Shown piece after piece: positions 1-9,807 of a stretch of DNA of 64,000 nt. A program made the translations under genes and the position numbers. The notes under the pieces were generated by a model, which had not been told where the DNA came from, ran no database searches, and saw only the letters and a program-made list of their open reading frames with translations. Source of the DNA: Treponema sp. (GTDB lineage Bacteria; Spirochaetota; Spirochaetia; Treponematales; Treponemataceae); contig JAEEVR010000001.1 in assembly GCA_016290995.1 (NCBI GenBank), positions 100,282-164,281 on the forward strand, given 5' to 3'. The number at the start of each line of letters is the position of its first letter. Position 1 is the stretch's first letter.

Positions 1-551
1 GTTACTTGGAACATCTCTCCCGCGCCTTCGCAGTCGGAGCAAGTGATTTCTGGGGCGTTGATGTAAACAAAGCCGCGCTCTTGGAAGAATGAATGCACGG
101 CAAAGGCCATTTGGTTCCTCATGCGGAAAACCGCTCCAAAAGTGTTTGTGCGGGCGCGGAGGTATGCGTTGTCGCGGAGGTACTCCATCGACATTTTGTT
201 CTTTTGCAAGGGATATTCTTCCGGCGGACATTCGCCCAAAACTTCAAGCTTTTCCAAGGTCACTTCGACGGCCTGGCCGGAAGCGGGCGAGGGCACCAAA
301 ACGCCTTGCGCCTTTACTGACGCTCCTGTATTAAGCTTTTTGAGAGATTCTTCTATATTATTAGCGTCAGCGTTGGCTGAAGGATTTGAGCGGTCAAAGG
401 TAAGCTGAATGTTGGCAAAGCAGCTTCCGTCGTTCACCTGTACAAAAACAAGATTCTTTGAGTCGCGAACTGTGCGAACCCAACCGCAAACCGTGACAGC
501 GCGCTGGTCCGGCGCGCTTGTGAGCAAATCCTTAATCAAAACTGGAACCAT
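1..551 (-). CDS. asnS: Asparagine--tRNA ligase, N-terminal part (runs off window edge)
   Basis: Manual translation from ATG at 551: MVPVLIKDLL..VTVCGWVRTVRDSK..VNDGSCF (OB fold) ..YPLQK..EYLRDNAYLRARTNTFGAVFRMRN..CSDCEGAGEMFQVT. Confidence 0.93.
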   Translation of the reverse strand, partial: MVPVLIKDLLTSAPDQRAVTVCGWVRTVRDSKNLVFVQVNDGSCFANIQLTFDRSNPSANADANNIEESLKKLNTGASVKAQGVLVPSPASGQAVEVTLEKLEVLGECPPEEYPLQKNKMSMEYLRDNAYLRARTNTFGAVFRMRNQMAFAVHSFFQERGFVYINAPEITCSDCEGAGEMFQV

Positions 552-666
552 AACTTTCCTCTATAAAAATAATTAACCATTTTAGCGCTTTTGGAGCGTA
601 ACTTCAAGTACAGCCGCAAGGGGCGGGGCTTTTAATAATATTAAAAAATTGTTATAATAGCCTTGG

Positions 667-1707
667 ATGAAGAAGAATATTCTTTGGGCCTGCGTGGCGC
701 TGGGCCTTTCCGTTCTTGCGATTTGCGCTCTTTTTTATAACGGCGGCTTTTCGTTTGAGGAATTTTTGCAAAACATAAAAAACGCTTCTCCCAAGTGGCT
801 TTGCGCGGCTCTTCTTTGCGCTTTTGCCTTTATCTTTTTTGAAGGCTTGGCCCTTGCCTTGATTTTGCGCTCCTTTGGATTTTCTGTAAAAAAAAGACAG
901 GGCTTTTTGTACGCCGCCGCGGACATTTACTTTTCTTCGATAACGCCGTCGGCTACGGGCGGACAGCCGGCCAGCGCCTATTTTATGAGCAAGGACGGCT
1001 TTAGGGGCTCCCAGGTCGCCTCGGCCCTGCTTTTGAACCTTACGATGTACACGCTTGCGCTTGTAACATTGGGAACGTTTTCAATCGTTGCCTTTCCGCA
1101 TATTTTTGTTGAGTTCAATACGGCCAGCAAAATAATGATTTTGTTCGGAATCTTCGCGATGTCGGCGATGGCCGCTTTGTTCATTCTTCTATTAAAAAAA
1201 CAAAGCCTTTTGCTTAAAATCGGCAGGGCGCTTGTTTTTATTCTGAACGGATTCCATTTGGAAAAAATCGCGCAAAGGTTTGGCGCAAAGCTTGATTCCG
1301 CCATAAAAAACTACAACGACTGCGTGGCGCTTTTGGCCGGTAGGAAAGGCCTTTTGGCAAAAACATACATTTTAAATTTGCTGCAGCGTTCGTCGCAAAT
1401 TCTTGTGACAGTCTTTTGCTTTTTTGCCATGGGCGGAAAGCCGCAAGACGGCCTGACGCTTTTTGCAATTCAAACATACGTTGTCCTTGGCTCAAATTTC
1501 GTTCCCGTTCCAGGAGCGGCGGGCGTTTCGGAATTCATAATGTACTTTGGCTACATGATGTTGCTGAGCGAGGAGAACGCTTGCGGCCTTGCGATTTTGA
1601 GCCGCGGAATTTCTTTTTACGCATGCAGCGCGATAAGCCTTTTGGCCGTTGCGTTGGGACAGTTTATGATTGGACGAAATAAAAACAAGGAAGAGGAAAA
1701 ACAATGA
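667..1707 (+). CDS. Lysylphosphatidylglycerol synthase TM-domain / UPF0104 flippase-like membrane protein
   Basis: Polytopic membrane protein with ITPSATGGQP and PVPGAAGVSE motifs; first gene of a phospholipid operon. Confidence 0.8.
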   Translation: MKKNILWACVALGLSVLAICALFYNGGFSFEEFLQNIKNASPKWLCAALLCAFAFIFFEGLALALILRSFGFSVKKRQGFLYAAADIYFSSITPSATGGQPASAYFMSKDGFRGSQVASALLLNLTMYTLALVTLGTFSIVAFPHIFVEFNTASKIMILFGIFAMSAMAALFILLLKKQSLLLKIGRALVFILNGFHLEKIAQRFGAKLDSAIKNYNDCVALLAGRKGLLAKTYILNLLQRSSQILVTVFCFFAMGGKPQDGLTLFAIQTYVVLGSNFVPVPGAAGVSEFIMYFGYMMLLSEENACGLAILSRGISFYACSAISLLAVALGQFMIGRNKNKEEEKQ

Positions 1708-2408
1708 TTGGCTTTTACGACTACACTGTGATTTTGACTTATCTATCAATGCTTTCGGCGACGACAGGCATGATTCTGTGCCTTAACGATATTGGACATC
1801 CTTACTTGGGAATGTTCTTTTTGATGTTCTGCGGCTTGTGCGACACTTTTGACGGAAAGGTCGCGCGCACAAAAAAGAACCGCACAGATCAAATGAAAAA
1901 ATTTGGAGTGCAAATCGATTCGCTTTCGGACTTGGCGGCCTTTGGCTTGCTTCCGGCATGCATTGGAATTTCAATGCTAAGAACCGGAATTATTTTCATC
2001 GATTTTCCCGACTTTAAATTCCTTCACCTTGCTGACAAGTCCGCCATCATAAAAATCGTTCTTACCGTAATCGCGGTTTTGTACGCGCTGGCCGCCATGA
2101 TTCGCTTGGCTTACTTTAACGTTTTGGAAGAGGAGCGGCAGGCCAACAATCCGCAAAGCCCAAAAATTTTCATCGGCCTTCCGGTAACGAGCGCCGCGCT
2201 TGTCTTTCCGACAATTCTTTTGATCCACATTTTTTCTAGCGCGGACCTTACCTTGCTTTACTTCCTTTTTCTTGCGATCGTAGGCTTTTTGTTCATTTCG
2301 GACATTCAGATAAAAAAGCCCAAGACACGCGGCGTTCTTATTATGATCGCTATCGGCGTGTTGGAAGCCTTGGCGCTGGCCTTTGTTTTTGTCGTGATGA
2401 GAAAGTAA
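1704..2408 (+). CDS. pssA: CDP-diacylglycerol--serine O-phosphatidyltransferase
   Basis: CDP-alcohol phosphotransferase motif DTFDGKVAR..FGVQIDSLSD, RLAYFN, FIGLP; adjacent to psd. Confidence 0.85.
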   Translation: MIGFYDYTVILTYLSMLSATTGMILCLNDIGHPYLGMFFLMFCGLCDTFDGKVARTKKNRTDQMKKFGVQIDSLSDLAAFGLLPACIGISMLRTGIIFIDFPDFKFLHLADKSAIIKIVLTVIAVLYALAAMIRLAYFNVLEEERQANNPQSPKIFIGLPVTSAALVFPTILLIHIFSSADLTLLYFLFLAIVGFLFISDIQIKKPKTRGVLIMIAIGVLEALALAFVFVVMRK

Positions 2409-3233
2409 ATGGACGGCCTTAAGTTTTTGTACAAGAGCGCGGCCGGGCGCGTTTTTCTAAAGGCGCTTTGCGCTCCCGCTCTTTCCAAGGCGTGCGGCTG
2501 TTTTTTGGATTCGCCGCTTTCTCATTTTTTGATAAAATCTTTCGTCGAAAAGAACAATATCGACATTTCAGAATACCATACTGACGGAATAAAAACTTTC
2601 AACCAATTTTTTAGAAGAAAAATCAAGGACGGAGCGAGGCCTTTTGACCAAGATACAAACGCTTTGTGCGCGCCTTGCGACGGCCTTTTGTCGGCGTGGA
2701 AGATAAGCGACGACGGCGGAACGGTAATTCCCGTAAAGCAAAGCCAATACACAATCGAGCGCCTTTTGCAAAGCAAGGAACTCGGCGCGCAATACAACGG
2801 CGGCCTTTGCCTTGTATTTAGGCTTTGCGTGGACAACTATCACAGGTACGCCTACGCGGACGGCGGAAAAAAAAGCGCCAACGTTTTTATTCCAGGCCGC
2901 CTTCACACCGTTCGCCCGATAGCGTTGGAAACTCTTCCGGTGTTTGTGGAGAACGCGCGCGAATACACAACGATTGAAAGCCCAGTTTTTGGAACGCTGG
3001 TTCAAATGGAAGTCGGCGCGATGTTGGTCGGCCGCATCGTAAATTTTGAGCAAGAGGCCGTCGTCGCGCGCGGCGCCGAAAAGGGTTTTTTTGAGTACGG
3101 CGGCTCCACGATAATTCTTCTTGTAAAAAAAGGCGCTGCAAACGTCCGCGACGACATCGCCGCAAACTCCGCCGCCGGAATCGAAACGCCGGTCAAGATG
3201 GGCCAGCGCGTCGGCTCCGCTCGCGCCGTTTAA
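2409..3233 (+). CDS. psd: Phosphatidylserine decarboxylase proenzyme
   Basis: FNQFFRR, APCDG, YHRY, ENAR, VGAMLVG and GFFEYGGSTI self-cleavage motif. Confidence 0.9.
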   Translation: MDGLKFLYKSAAGRVFLKALCAPALSKACGCFLDSPLSHFLIKSFVEKNNIDISEYHTDGIKTFNQFFRRKIKDGARPFDQDTNALCAPCDGLLSAWKISDDGGTVIPVKQSQYTIERLLQSKELGAQYNGGLCLVFRLCVDNYHRYAYADGGKKSANVFIPGRLHTVRPIALETLPVFVENAREYTTIESPVFGTLVQMEVGAMLVGRIVNFEQEAVVARGAEKGFFEYGGSTIILLVKKGAANVRDDIAANSAAGIETPVKMGQRVGSARAV

Positions 3234-3242
3234 CGCAAGAAC

Positions 3243-3272
3243 TTGACGCTGCCGGCTCTCGCGCGTTATAAT
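3243..3272 (+). promoter_or_regulatory. Sigma70-type promoter of tRNA-Ser
   Basis: TTGACG-N18-TATAAT, 13 bp upstream of the tRNA. Confidence 0.7.
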
Positions 3273-3285
3273 GCAATCATTCTTT

Positions 3286-3373
3286 GGAAAGATGTCTGAG
3301 TTGGTTTAAGGTACGCCCTTGGAAGGGGCGCGTGGTGGAAACACCACCGGGGGTTCGAATCCCCCTCTTTCCG
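3286..3373 (+). tRNA. tRNA-Ser(GGA)
   Basis: Acceptor GGAAAGA/TCTTTCC, anticodon arm CGCCC-TTGGAAG-GGGCG, long variable arm GGTGGAAACACC, T arm GGGGGTTCGAATCCCCC; CCA not encoded. Confidence 0.96.
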
Positions 3374-3410
3374 TAAAGTGTTTGCAAGCCTAAAAAAGCC
3401 GCGCGAGCGT

Positions 3411-4079
3411 ATGAAAAAAGTTCTTGTCTTTTTATTTTGTTTTTTCCTTGCGATTATTTTTGGAGCGGTTGGAATCAACCTTTACGTTCTTAGTTACGCA
3501 AAACCTTACATTTATAGCCAGATTTCGGACTTGCCCCAGCGTTCCGTCGTGATAATACCCGGAGCGAAAGTTTACAAGGACAGCGTCTCGCATGTTGTCC
3601 GCGACAGAATCGACGCCGGCGTTTCTTGCGTAAAAGCTGGAAAGGCGCCCAAGTATTTAATCTCCGGCGACCACGGAAGAAGGGAATACGACGAGGTCAA
3701 CCAAATGCGCCTTTACATACAAAAGATTTACGGCGTTGACAAAAGCCTTGTCTTTTTGGACCACGCCGGCTTTTCCACCTACGAGACTATGTACCGCGCG
3801 CGCGACGTGTTTTGCGTAAAGGACGCGATTGTCGTGACCCAAAAATTCCACGCTGCCCGTTGCGTTTACATCGCGCGAAAGCTTGGCCTGGACTTTGTGG
3901 CCTACGAGGCTCCGGAATTGGCCGCCTACAGCGAGGCTACGCGTTCCAGCTGGGAAGTCCGCGAGGCCTTGGCGCGGGTAAAGAATTTCTTTTTGGTCGC
4001 CTTTAAGGCAAAGCCAACATATTTGGGAGAGCGAATTCCCATCAGCGGTTCCGCAAGCAAAACTTGGGACCAAATATAA
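3411..4079 (+). CDS. SanA/YdcF (DUF218, ElyC-like) family protein
   Basis: N-terminal TM helix; IPGA, RDRID, ISGDHG..YDEVNQM, LDHAGFSTYETM, VTQKFH, REALAR; start moved to ATG 3411. Confidence 0.85.
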   Translation: MKKVLVFLFCFFLAIIFGAVGINLYVLSYAKPYIYSQISDLPQRSVVIIPGAKVYKDSVSHVVRDRIDAGVSCVKAGKAPKYLISGDHGRREYDEVNQMRLYIQKIYGVDKSLVFLDHAGFSTYETMYRARDVFCVKDAIVVTQKFHAARCVYIARKLGLDFVAYEAPELAAYSEATRSSWEVREALARVKNFFLVAFKAKPTYLGERIPISGSASKTWDQI

Positions 4080-4127
4080 AAGCGGAACGCTCTTGCGCGA
4101 TTTTTGCGCATAAGATAAACTGTTGTC

Positions 4128-4910
4128 ATGAGACTGATTTTTATCCGACACGGCGACCCCGACTACGAGCATGATTCCCTTACCAAGCAGGGCTTTAAGG
4201 AAGCCAAGCTTTTGGCCAAGCGCGTCGCCAAGTGGAAAGTCACCGACTTTTACGTTTCGCCTTTGGGCCGAGCGCAAGCCACCGCCAAAGTTTCCCTTGA
4301 CCTAATCGGCCGCAAGGCAAAGACGCTTGATTGGCTTCGCGAGTTTTACGTTCCGGTTGTTGACCCGGTAGACGGCCACAAGCGCATTCCCTGGGACTTG
4401 ATGCCCTCGTATTATTATTCCGAAAAAAAATTCTTGGATAGGGAAAAGTGGCTGGACACAAAGCTTATGAAGACCGGCCCCGTGGCCAAAAACTACAAGG
4501 AAGTTTGCGACGGCCTTGACGCCCTTTTGGCAAAGTACCATTTTGAGCGCGACGGATTTTTGTACAAGACTGACGGCAAAATCAAGAACCCCAACTTTGA
4601 CCAAAAGACTTTTGTTCCCAACTACCACCTTTTGTCCAACAAGGACGAGTACGACGAGCGGACAGTCGTTTGCTTTTGCCACTTGGGAGTGATGTTCGCC
4701 GCGATAAGCCATTTGGTCGGCTGCTCTCCGCTGATTTTGTGGCAGGGCTTTTACGTCGCGCCGACTTCGATCACGGTTTTGAACAGCGAGGAGCGCGAGC
4801 AAGGCAAGGCGGTCTTTAGGGTGGAACGCTTGGGCGACACGCGCCACTTGGGAAAAAGCCAACGGATTTCTTCAAGCGGCTACTACGCGCCGGTGTTGCA
4901 GGAATTGTAG
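4128..4910 (+). CDS. Histidine phosphatase (phosphoglycerate mutase-like) family protein
   Basis: N-terminal FIRHG, SPLGRAQAT, late FCHLG. Confidence 0.85.
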   Translation: MRLIFIRHGDPDYEHDSLTKQGFKEAKLLAKRVAKWKVTDFYVSPLGRAQATAKVSLDLIGRKAKTLDWLREFYVPVVDPVDGHKRIPWDLMPSYYYSEKKFLDREKWLDTKLMKTGPVAKNYKEVCDGLDALLAKYHFERDGFLYKTDGKIKNPNFDQKTFVPNYHLLSNKDEYDERTVVCFCHLGVMFAAISHLVGCSPLILWQGFYVAPTSITVLNSEEREQGKAVFRVERLGDTRHLGKSQRISSSGYYAPVLQEL

Positions 4911-4919
4911 GAGGAATAT

Positions 4920-5447
4920 ATGAAAAAAATTATTTTAACACTTTTGATTGGAGGCTTTATTATGGCGGGAGCGTCTGCAAAAACAGCGGTTGTGTATTTT
5001 AGCGCGACGGGAACGACAGAAAAAATGGCAAAGGCTGCTGCCGCCGAAATTGGCGCGGACGTTCTTGAAATTCAGCCGATTCACAAATACACAAAAGCCG
5101 ACTTGAACTGGCGCGACAAAAAATCGCTCACGACAATCGAATGCAATGACCCAAAAAGCCGCCCAGCAATCGCAAACAAAATCGACATCTCGGGCTACGA
5201 CACAGTGATTGTATGCTATCCAATCTGGTGGGCTTACGCTCCAAAAATCGTCTACACCTTTGTAGAAAGCCAAAAGTGGGCCGGCAAAAAAATGATCGCG
5301 CTCTGCACTAGCGGCGGCGGCGGACTTGGCCGCAGCGGCAGCGACCTTGCAAAGTTTGCGAATGGCGTTGATTACAAGGGCGGAAAAGACTTTACCCGCG
5401 CAAAGGCCGGCGACATCAAAAACTACGTTGAAGGGCTTTTGAATTAA
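4920..5447 (+). CDS. Flavodoxin (possibly exported)
   Basis: VVYFSATGTT, YPIWW, CTSGGGG; signal-peptide-like N-terminus. Confidence 0.85.
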   Translation: MKKIILTLLIGGFIMAGASAKTAVVYFSATGTTEKMAKAAAAEIGADVLEIQPIHKYTKADLNWRDKKSLTTIECNDPKSRPAIANKIDISGYDTVIVCYPIWWAYAPKIVYTFVESQKWAGKKMIALCTSGGGGLGRSGSDLAKFANGVDYKGGKDFTRAKAGDIKNYVEGLLN

Positions 5448-6112
5448 TGAACGCAAGCCGCCTTCGCATGCCCATCGACATTGCAATGACAATTCTCTCA
5501 ATCATTCTTATGGGCGGAGCGTACTTGTTCCCGGCGGATGTCGTTCACGAAATATTGGGAGTCTCGCTCTTTGTTTTGTGGGCGGTACACATCGCGCTGA
5601 ACCGCCGCTGGTTTGGAGCGATTTTTCGTGGAAATTACAACGCGCGCCGCGCTTTGCAAACCGTCATCAATTGCGGCATTCTGGTTTGCGTTGTATTTTT
5701 GATGGTTAGCGGCATCATTCTTTCGAATCACATTTTTACGTTTTTGGGAATTGAAAGCGGTCTTGGATTTGCTCGCGTCGCGCATCTTTTGGCAAGCCAT
5801 TGGTATTTTGTCTTTATGTCGCTTCACATCGGGTTGCATGGCGAGATGATTGCGGGAAGGGTTGACGTTCCCCAAAAAGGTCCCGCCGTGATTCTAGTTC
5901 GCGCGATTTTTATTTTGATTTCTCTTTACGGCATTTACGCCTTTGTCGCTCGCGGCATTTGGCGCTATCTAATTTTGCGGCAACAGTTCTTCTTCTTTGA
6001 TCTGGAACGCGGCTATGTTTTGTTTGCGCTTGATTATATTTCGATTATAGTATTGTTCGCCACAGTCATTCATTATCTGAATAAACTTCTTCAAAAATGT
6101 AGGAAAACATGA
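5447..6112 (+). CDS. DUF4405-like / cytochrome b-like membrane protein
   Basis: TM helices with HEILG..HIALN and HLLASHW..LHIGLH histidine pairs; coupled to the flavodoxin gene. Confidence 0.65.
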   Translation: MNASRLRMPIDIAMTILSIILMGGAYLFPADVVHEILGVSLFVLWAVHIALNRRWFGAIFRGNYNARRALQTVINCGILVCVVFLMVSGIILSNHIFTFLGIESGLGFARVAHLLASHWYFVFMSLHIGLHGEMIAGRVDVPQKGPAVILVRAIFILISLYGIYAFVARGIWRYLILRQQFFFFDLERGYVLFALDYISIIVLFATVIHYLNKLLQKCRKT

Positions 6113-6162
6113 TGGGCATTTTATCAGGTTTTGCTAAATTCGACAATAAGCGACAAAAACTC

Positions 6163-6216
6163 TTGACAAGTTTACTTTGCGCGTATATAATCTAACTCAT
6201 ACCAAGTTTACTTGGC
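6163..6216 (+). promoter_or_regulatory. Consensus sigma70 promoter with two operator-like palindromes
   Basis: TTGACA(6163)-N17-TATAAT(6186); CAAGTTTACTTTGC at 6167-6180 and CCAAGTTTACTTGG at 6202-6215. Confidence 0.75.
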
Positions 6217-6244
6217 ATAATTGAAAAACAAGGAGTTTAGATTA

Positions 6245-6859
6245 ATGAAAAAATTAACAGCGTTTGCAATTTCAATAATTATTTCAAGCGCTTTATTTGC
6301 AAATAATTTTTCATGTGGCGTTGAAGGCGGGGCTGGAATTAATACTGCCGCTGTTGAACTTTCTAACGGGACAAAATCTGACTTTGATTTTATTCCGACT
6401 TTTAGATTTGGCGGCGGCGTGGAATACAGTTTTAATGAAGTCGCAAGCTTGCAGTTAAAGACCTTTTTTCATCATGGCAACGGATTTTCATTTACAGATT
6501 CGAATGGAAAAACAAAGGTTTCCTTTATGACAATTGATATTCCTGTTTTACTAAAGCTTACTTTTAGTGGAATTAATAATATCAATGGACGATTTTCAAT
6601 TTTTGCAGGTCCAAATTTTAGTTTTAGAATTGGCGATTTTAATGAATCGCGCGGCGGTTGGAAAAATGGCGCGAACAGTTTTTCTTCCAATGATATTTTT
6701 GCCGCAGGAATTGAATGTGGAGTGGAATACGCCTTTACAAAAGCAGCCGGTTTTAGACTAGGTTGTTCGGTTCTATTTGATATTTCTGATTTTTCGCATA
6801 ATGCCGATTTTTCAACAAGAAGATTGTGCGTTATGCCATATATTGGATATTGGTTTTAA
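6245..6859 (+). CDS. Outer-membrane beta-barrel (OmpA/PorT-like) protein
   Basis: Signal peptide, amphipathic strands, IDIPVLLK and FAGPNFSF, C-terminal YIGYWF; AT-rich. Confidence 0.7.
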   Translation: MKKLTAFAISIIISSALFANNFSCGVEGGAGINTAAVELSNGTKSDFDFIPTFRFGGGVEYSFNEVASLQLKTFFHHGNGFSFTDSNGKTKVSFMTIDIPVLLKLTFSGINNINGRFSIFAGPNFSFRIGDFNESRGGWKNGANSFSSNDIFAAGIECGVEYAFTKAAGFRLGCSVLFDISDFSHNADFSTRRLCVMPYIGYWF

Positions 6860-6869
6860 GGAGACGATT

Positions 6870-7601
6870 ATGACTTTGCAAAGATTCCGCAAGCTTACGC
6901 TTATTGGCAGCATGCTGCTTTTTCCGATTACGATTTATTATTTTTCGCCGTACCTGATTGTCATGGCGGCCATGCGGCATGTCATTAACGGAAGCTTTAT
7001 CGTCTTTTCTCTGATGTTCATTTTGGGCTTATTCTTTGGCCGTCTCTGGTGCGGCTTTTTCTGTCCGACTGGCGGAATGTGCGAATGCTTTGCGCAGGTT
7101 TCCGACAAGGCTCCAAAGCAGGGCTGGCGCAATTACATCAAATATGGAATCTGGCTTGTGTGGATAAGCGGAGTGGTTGTTTGCCATGTTTTTGGAAAAG
7201 GCGATTATACGATTCAGCCCTTTTTTATGACCGAGCATGGCATTTCAATTTCTGACATTTACGGCTATGTGATTTATTACGGAATTGTGATTTTGTTTTT
7301 TGTTCCGGCCATGGTTCACGGAAAGAGAGCCAACTGCCACTACATTTGTTGGATGGCGCCTTTTGTGATTTTTGGCTACAAGGTTGGAAGGCTCTTGCAT
7401 TTGCCGCAACTAAAAATCAAAGCCAAAAAAGAAAACTGCGTCGGCTGCAAAAAATGCGAAAAGGTTTGTCCCATGAGCCTGAACGTGGCGCAACTTTTGC
7501 AGAAGGGCGAAATAAAATCGGCGGAATGCATTTTGTGCGGCGAGTGCGCAAGGGCTTGCGCTCAAAATGTTTTGAATTATAATTTTACAAATAAGAGATA
7601 G
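6870..7601 (+). CDS. Membrane 4Fe-4S binding (NapH/polyferredoxin-like) protein
   Basis: GRLWCGFFCPTG, CHYICW, CVGCKKCEKVCP, CILCGECARAC; RBS AGGAG before ATG 6870. Confidence 0.85.
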   Translation: MTLQRFRKLTLIGSMLLFPITIYYFSPYLIVMAAMRHVINGSFIVFSLMFILGLFFGRLWCGFFCPTGGMCECFAQVSDKAPKQGWRNYIKYGIWLVWISGVVVCHVFGKGDYTIQPFFMTEHGISISDIYGYVIYYGIVILFFVPAMVHGKRANCHYICWMAPFVIFGYKVGRLLHLPQLKIKAKKENCVGCKKCEKVCPMSLNVAQLLQKGEIKSAECILCGECARACAQNVLNYNFTNKR

Positions 7602-7604
7602 TGT

Positions 7605-7952
7605 ATGACAAAGGAAGAGATTCTTGAAAAAAGCCGCAGCGATAATGCGGGGAAAGACATTGAAGATTTGGAAGTCCAAAAGACCGCCGCGACGCTTGCG
7701 TATTTTTCGTCTTTTGGCCTGTGCCTTTTAGTTTCAATCTTGAACTGGATTTTTGCCCGAAATATAAAAGTTGAATGCTGGATCGTTTTCTTTGGGATGT
7801 GCTGCGTCGCGTTTTTTGTAAAGTTTGCCAAGCTTAAAAAGCTCCACGAACTTTTTGTCGCGCTCGGCTATCTTTTGATTTTTGCTGGCCTGCTTGTTCT
7901 TTTTGTTCTGCAGCTGTCTGGAAGAATCGCTTGTGCGGGAGCCGCGCGATGA
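7605..7952 (+). CDS. Small membrane protein (DUF6442-like)
   Basis: MTKEEILEKSR N-terminus plus 3 TM helices; coupled to an HTH gene. Confidence 0.6.
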   Translation: MTKEEILEKSRSDNAGKDIEDLEVQKTAATLAYFSSFGLCLLVSILNWIFARNIKVECWIVFFGMCCVAFFVKFAKLKKLHELFVALGYLLIFAGLLVLFVLQLSGRIACAGAAR

Positions 7953-8158
7953 ACGAAAATCTTGTTCTTCAAAATCGCCTAAAAGAAATCCGTTCCGAAA
8001 AAAAACTTTCGCAGTCAGACCTTGCGCAAATGGTCGGAGTTTCCAGGAACACAATAAGCTCCATAGAAACCTTGCAGTTCTGCCCGACAGCGAAACTCGC
8101 GCTGATTTTGTGCGTCGCCCTCGACAAAAAGTTTGAGGACATCTTTTATTTTGAGTAA
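7949..8158 (+). CDS. XRE/Cro-C1 helix-turn-helix transcriptional regulator
   Basis: NRLKEIR..LSQSDLAQMVGVSRNTISSIE..PTAKLAL..FEDIF; ATGA overlap with the upstream gene. Confidence 0.9.
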   Translation: MNENLVLQNRLKEIRSEKKLSQSDLAQMVGVSRNTISSIETLQFCPTAKLALILCVALDKKFEDIFYFE

Positions 8159-8190
8159 AAAAAACGGCCCGCCGAACACGGCGGGCCGCA
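8158..8190 (-). terminator. Rho-independent terminator of glyA
   Basis: CGGCCCGCCG-AACA-CGGCGGGCCG hairpin preceded by an A run (U tract on - strand). Confidence 0.75.
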
Positions 8191-8218
8191 TTATGGTCTT
8201 GCAATCGTTTCTGGTTTC

Positions 8219-9718
8219 TCAGTTACAAAATTCCTTCTTCAAGAAGTCCAAGTCCAATTCGGGGTAAAGAACGTGCGCGTTGAGCAAGGCGTTTACGCGT
8301 TCCTTGGCTTTGGCCTGAACCGAAGCGTCAAGGTCGATCTTTCCCTTGGCGGGCTTTCCTTCTTTTGTGAGGCCGGGCTTGGTTCCCTTAAGAACAAAGT
8401 CGATGATCGAAGCGACTTCGGCCATGTCCTTTTCGTTCATTCCCAAAGTTGTAAGGCCGGGAGTTCCGATGCGGATGCCGCTTGTCCACCAGGCGCCGTT
8501 CTTGTCGTAGGGAAGGGCGTTGGCGTTGGCCGTCACTCCGCACTGGAAGAGAGCCGCTTCCGCCTGTTTTCCTGTAAGGCCGTAAGTGGTCACGTCGACC
8601 AACATGAGGTGGTCTTCCGTTCCGCCTGTCTGCAATACCATTCCCAAATCCATGCAAGACTTGGCAAGGGCTTGCGCGTTCTTTACGACCTGTGAGGCCC
8701 AGTCGCGGTAGGCCTGCGTGTTGGCTTCCTTGAGCGCGATTGCCTTGGCCGCCATAACGTGGCCCAGCGGGCCGCCCAAAACCATCGGACATCCCTTGTT
8801 GACGTAGTCGGCGTATTCCTTTTTGCAAAGAATGATTGAGCCGCGAGGTCCGCGCAAAGTTTTGTGTGTTGTTGTTGTCACGACATCCGCCCATTTTACG
8901 GGATCGTTGTCGCCTGTCCAAACTTTTCCGGCGACGAGGCCGGCAAAGTGAGCCATGTCAACCATCAATGTTGCGCCGCACTTGTCGGCGATCGCGCGGA
9001 ATCTCTTAAAGTCTATTTTTCTTGGGTAGGCGGAAAAGCCTGTGAGCAAAATCAAGGGCTTTACTTCCATCGCCTGCTTTTCAATCGCGTCGTAGTCCAA
9101 AAGGCCTGTCTCTTTGTCAACGCCGTAGGGATGGCTTTCGAACATGCGGGCGCTGACGTTCATTCGGTAGCCGTGAGTCAAGTGGCCGCCGCAAGAGTAG
9201 TCCAAGCCCATCAATTTTTGGTTTCCGAATTTTTTGCGCAAGTCGTCAAACTGGGCGTCCGTAAGGTCGGCCAAAGATTTTACGCCAAGCTCTTCCAAAG
9301 TGGGAGTCTCGATTTTCTTGGAAAGAATCGCCCAGTAGGCAACGAGGTTTGCGTCCGCTCCTGAGTGGGGCTGAACGTAGGCGTAGTCCGCGCCAAAAAG
9401 CTTTTCGGCCTCGCGGGCGGCGGTGTTTTCAACCGCGTCGATGTTCACGCAGCCGCCGTAGTAGCGGTGCTCTGGATAGCCTTCCGCGTATTTGTCGGTC
9501 AGCAAGTTTCCCATTGCGGCCTGAACGTTGAGCGAGCAGTAGTTTTCGCTGGCGACCAATTTGAGGTGGCTGCGCTGGTTTTCCAATTCGCTTACGATTG
9601 AGGCGGCGACTTCCGGGCCGACGGCGGCGACTTGCTGCAAGTTGGCCACATACGCGCACATGGCGGCGTTGGGCTTTCCGTTAGATTTGGCAAGGTAGTT
9701 TTCCAAAGGCGTGGACAT
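8219..9718 (-). CDS. glyA: Serine hydroxymethyltransferase
   Basis: LVASEN, DKYAEGYP..RYYGGC, VQPHSG, GGHLTHG, DMAHFAGLVA, TTTTHKTLRGPRG. Confidence 0.97.
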   Translation of the reverse strand: MSTPLENYLAKSNGKPNAAMCAYVANLQQVAAVGPEVAASIVSELENQRSHLKLVASENYCSLNVQAAMGNLLTDKYAEGYPEHRYYGGCVNIDAVENTAAREAEKLFGADYAYVQPHSGADANLVAYWAILSKKIETPTLEELGVKSLADLTDAQFDDLRKKFGNQKLMGLDYSCGGHLTHGYRMNVSARMFESHPYGVDKETGLLDYDAIEKQAMEVKPLILLTGFSAYPRKIDFKRFRAIADKCGATLMVDMAHFAGLVAGKVWTGDNDPVKWADVVTTTTHKTLRGPRGSIILCKKEYADYVNKGCPMVLGGPLGHVMAAKAIALKEANTQAYRDWASQVVKNAQALAKSCMDLGMVLQTGGTEDHLMLVDVTTYGLTGKQAEAALFQCGVTANANALPYDKNGAWWTSGIRIGTPGLTTLGMNEKDMAEVASIIDFVLKGTKPGLTKEGKPAKGKIDLDASVQAKAKERVNALLNAHVLYPELDLDFLKKEFCN

Positions 9719-9766
9719 TTTTGGCTCCTTTGCGGCGAACGTCTGCCGCTTAATTGATTTTTAAGA

Positions 9767-9795
9767 AGTTTAGTGGAATTTAAGAATATTTTCAA
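9767..9795 (-). promoter_or_regulatory. glyA promoter
   Basis: On - strand TTGAAA-N17-TAAACT, about 50 bp upstream of the start. Confidence 0.6.
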
Positions 9796-9807
9796 GGGGA
9801 GAAATAA

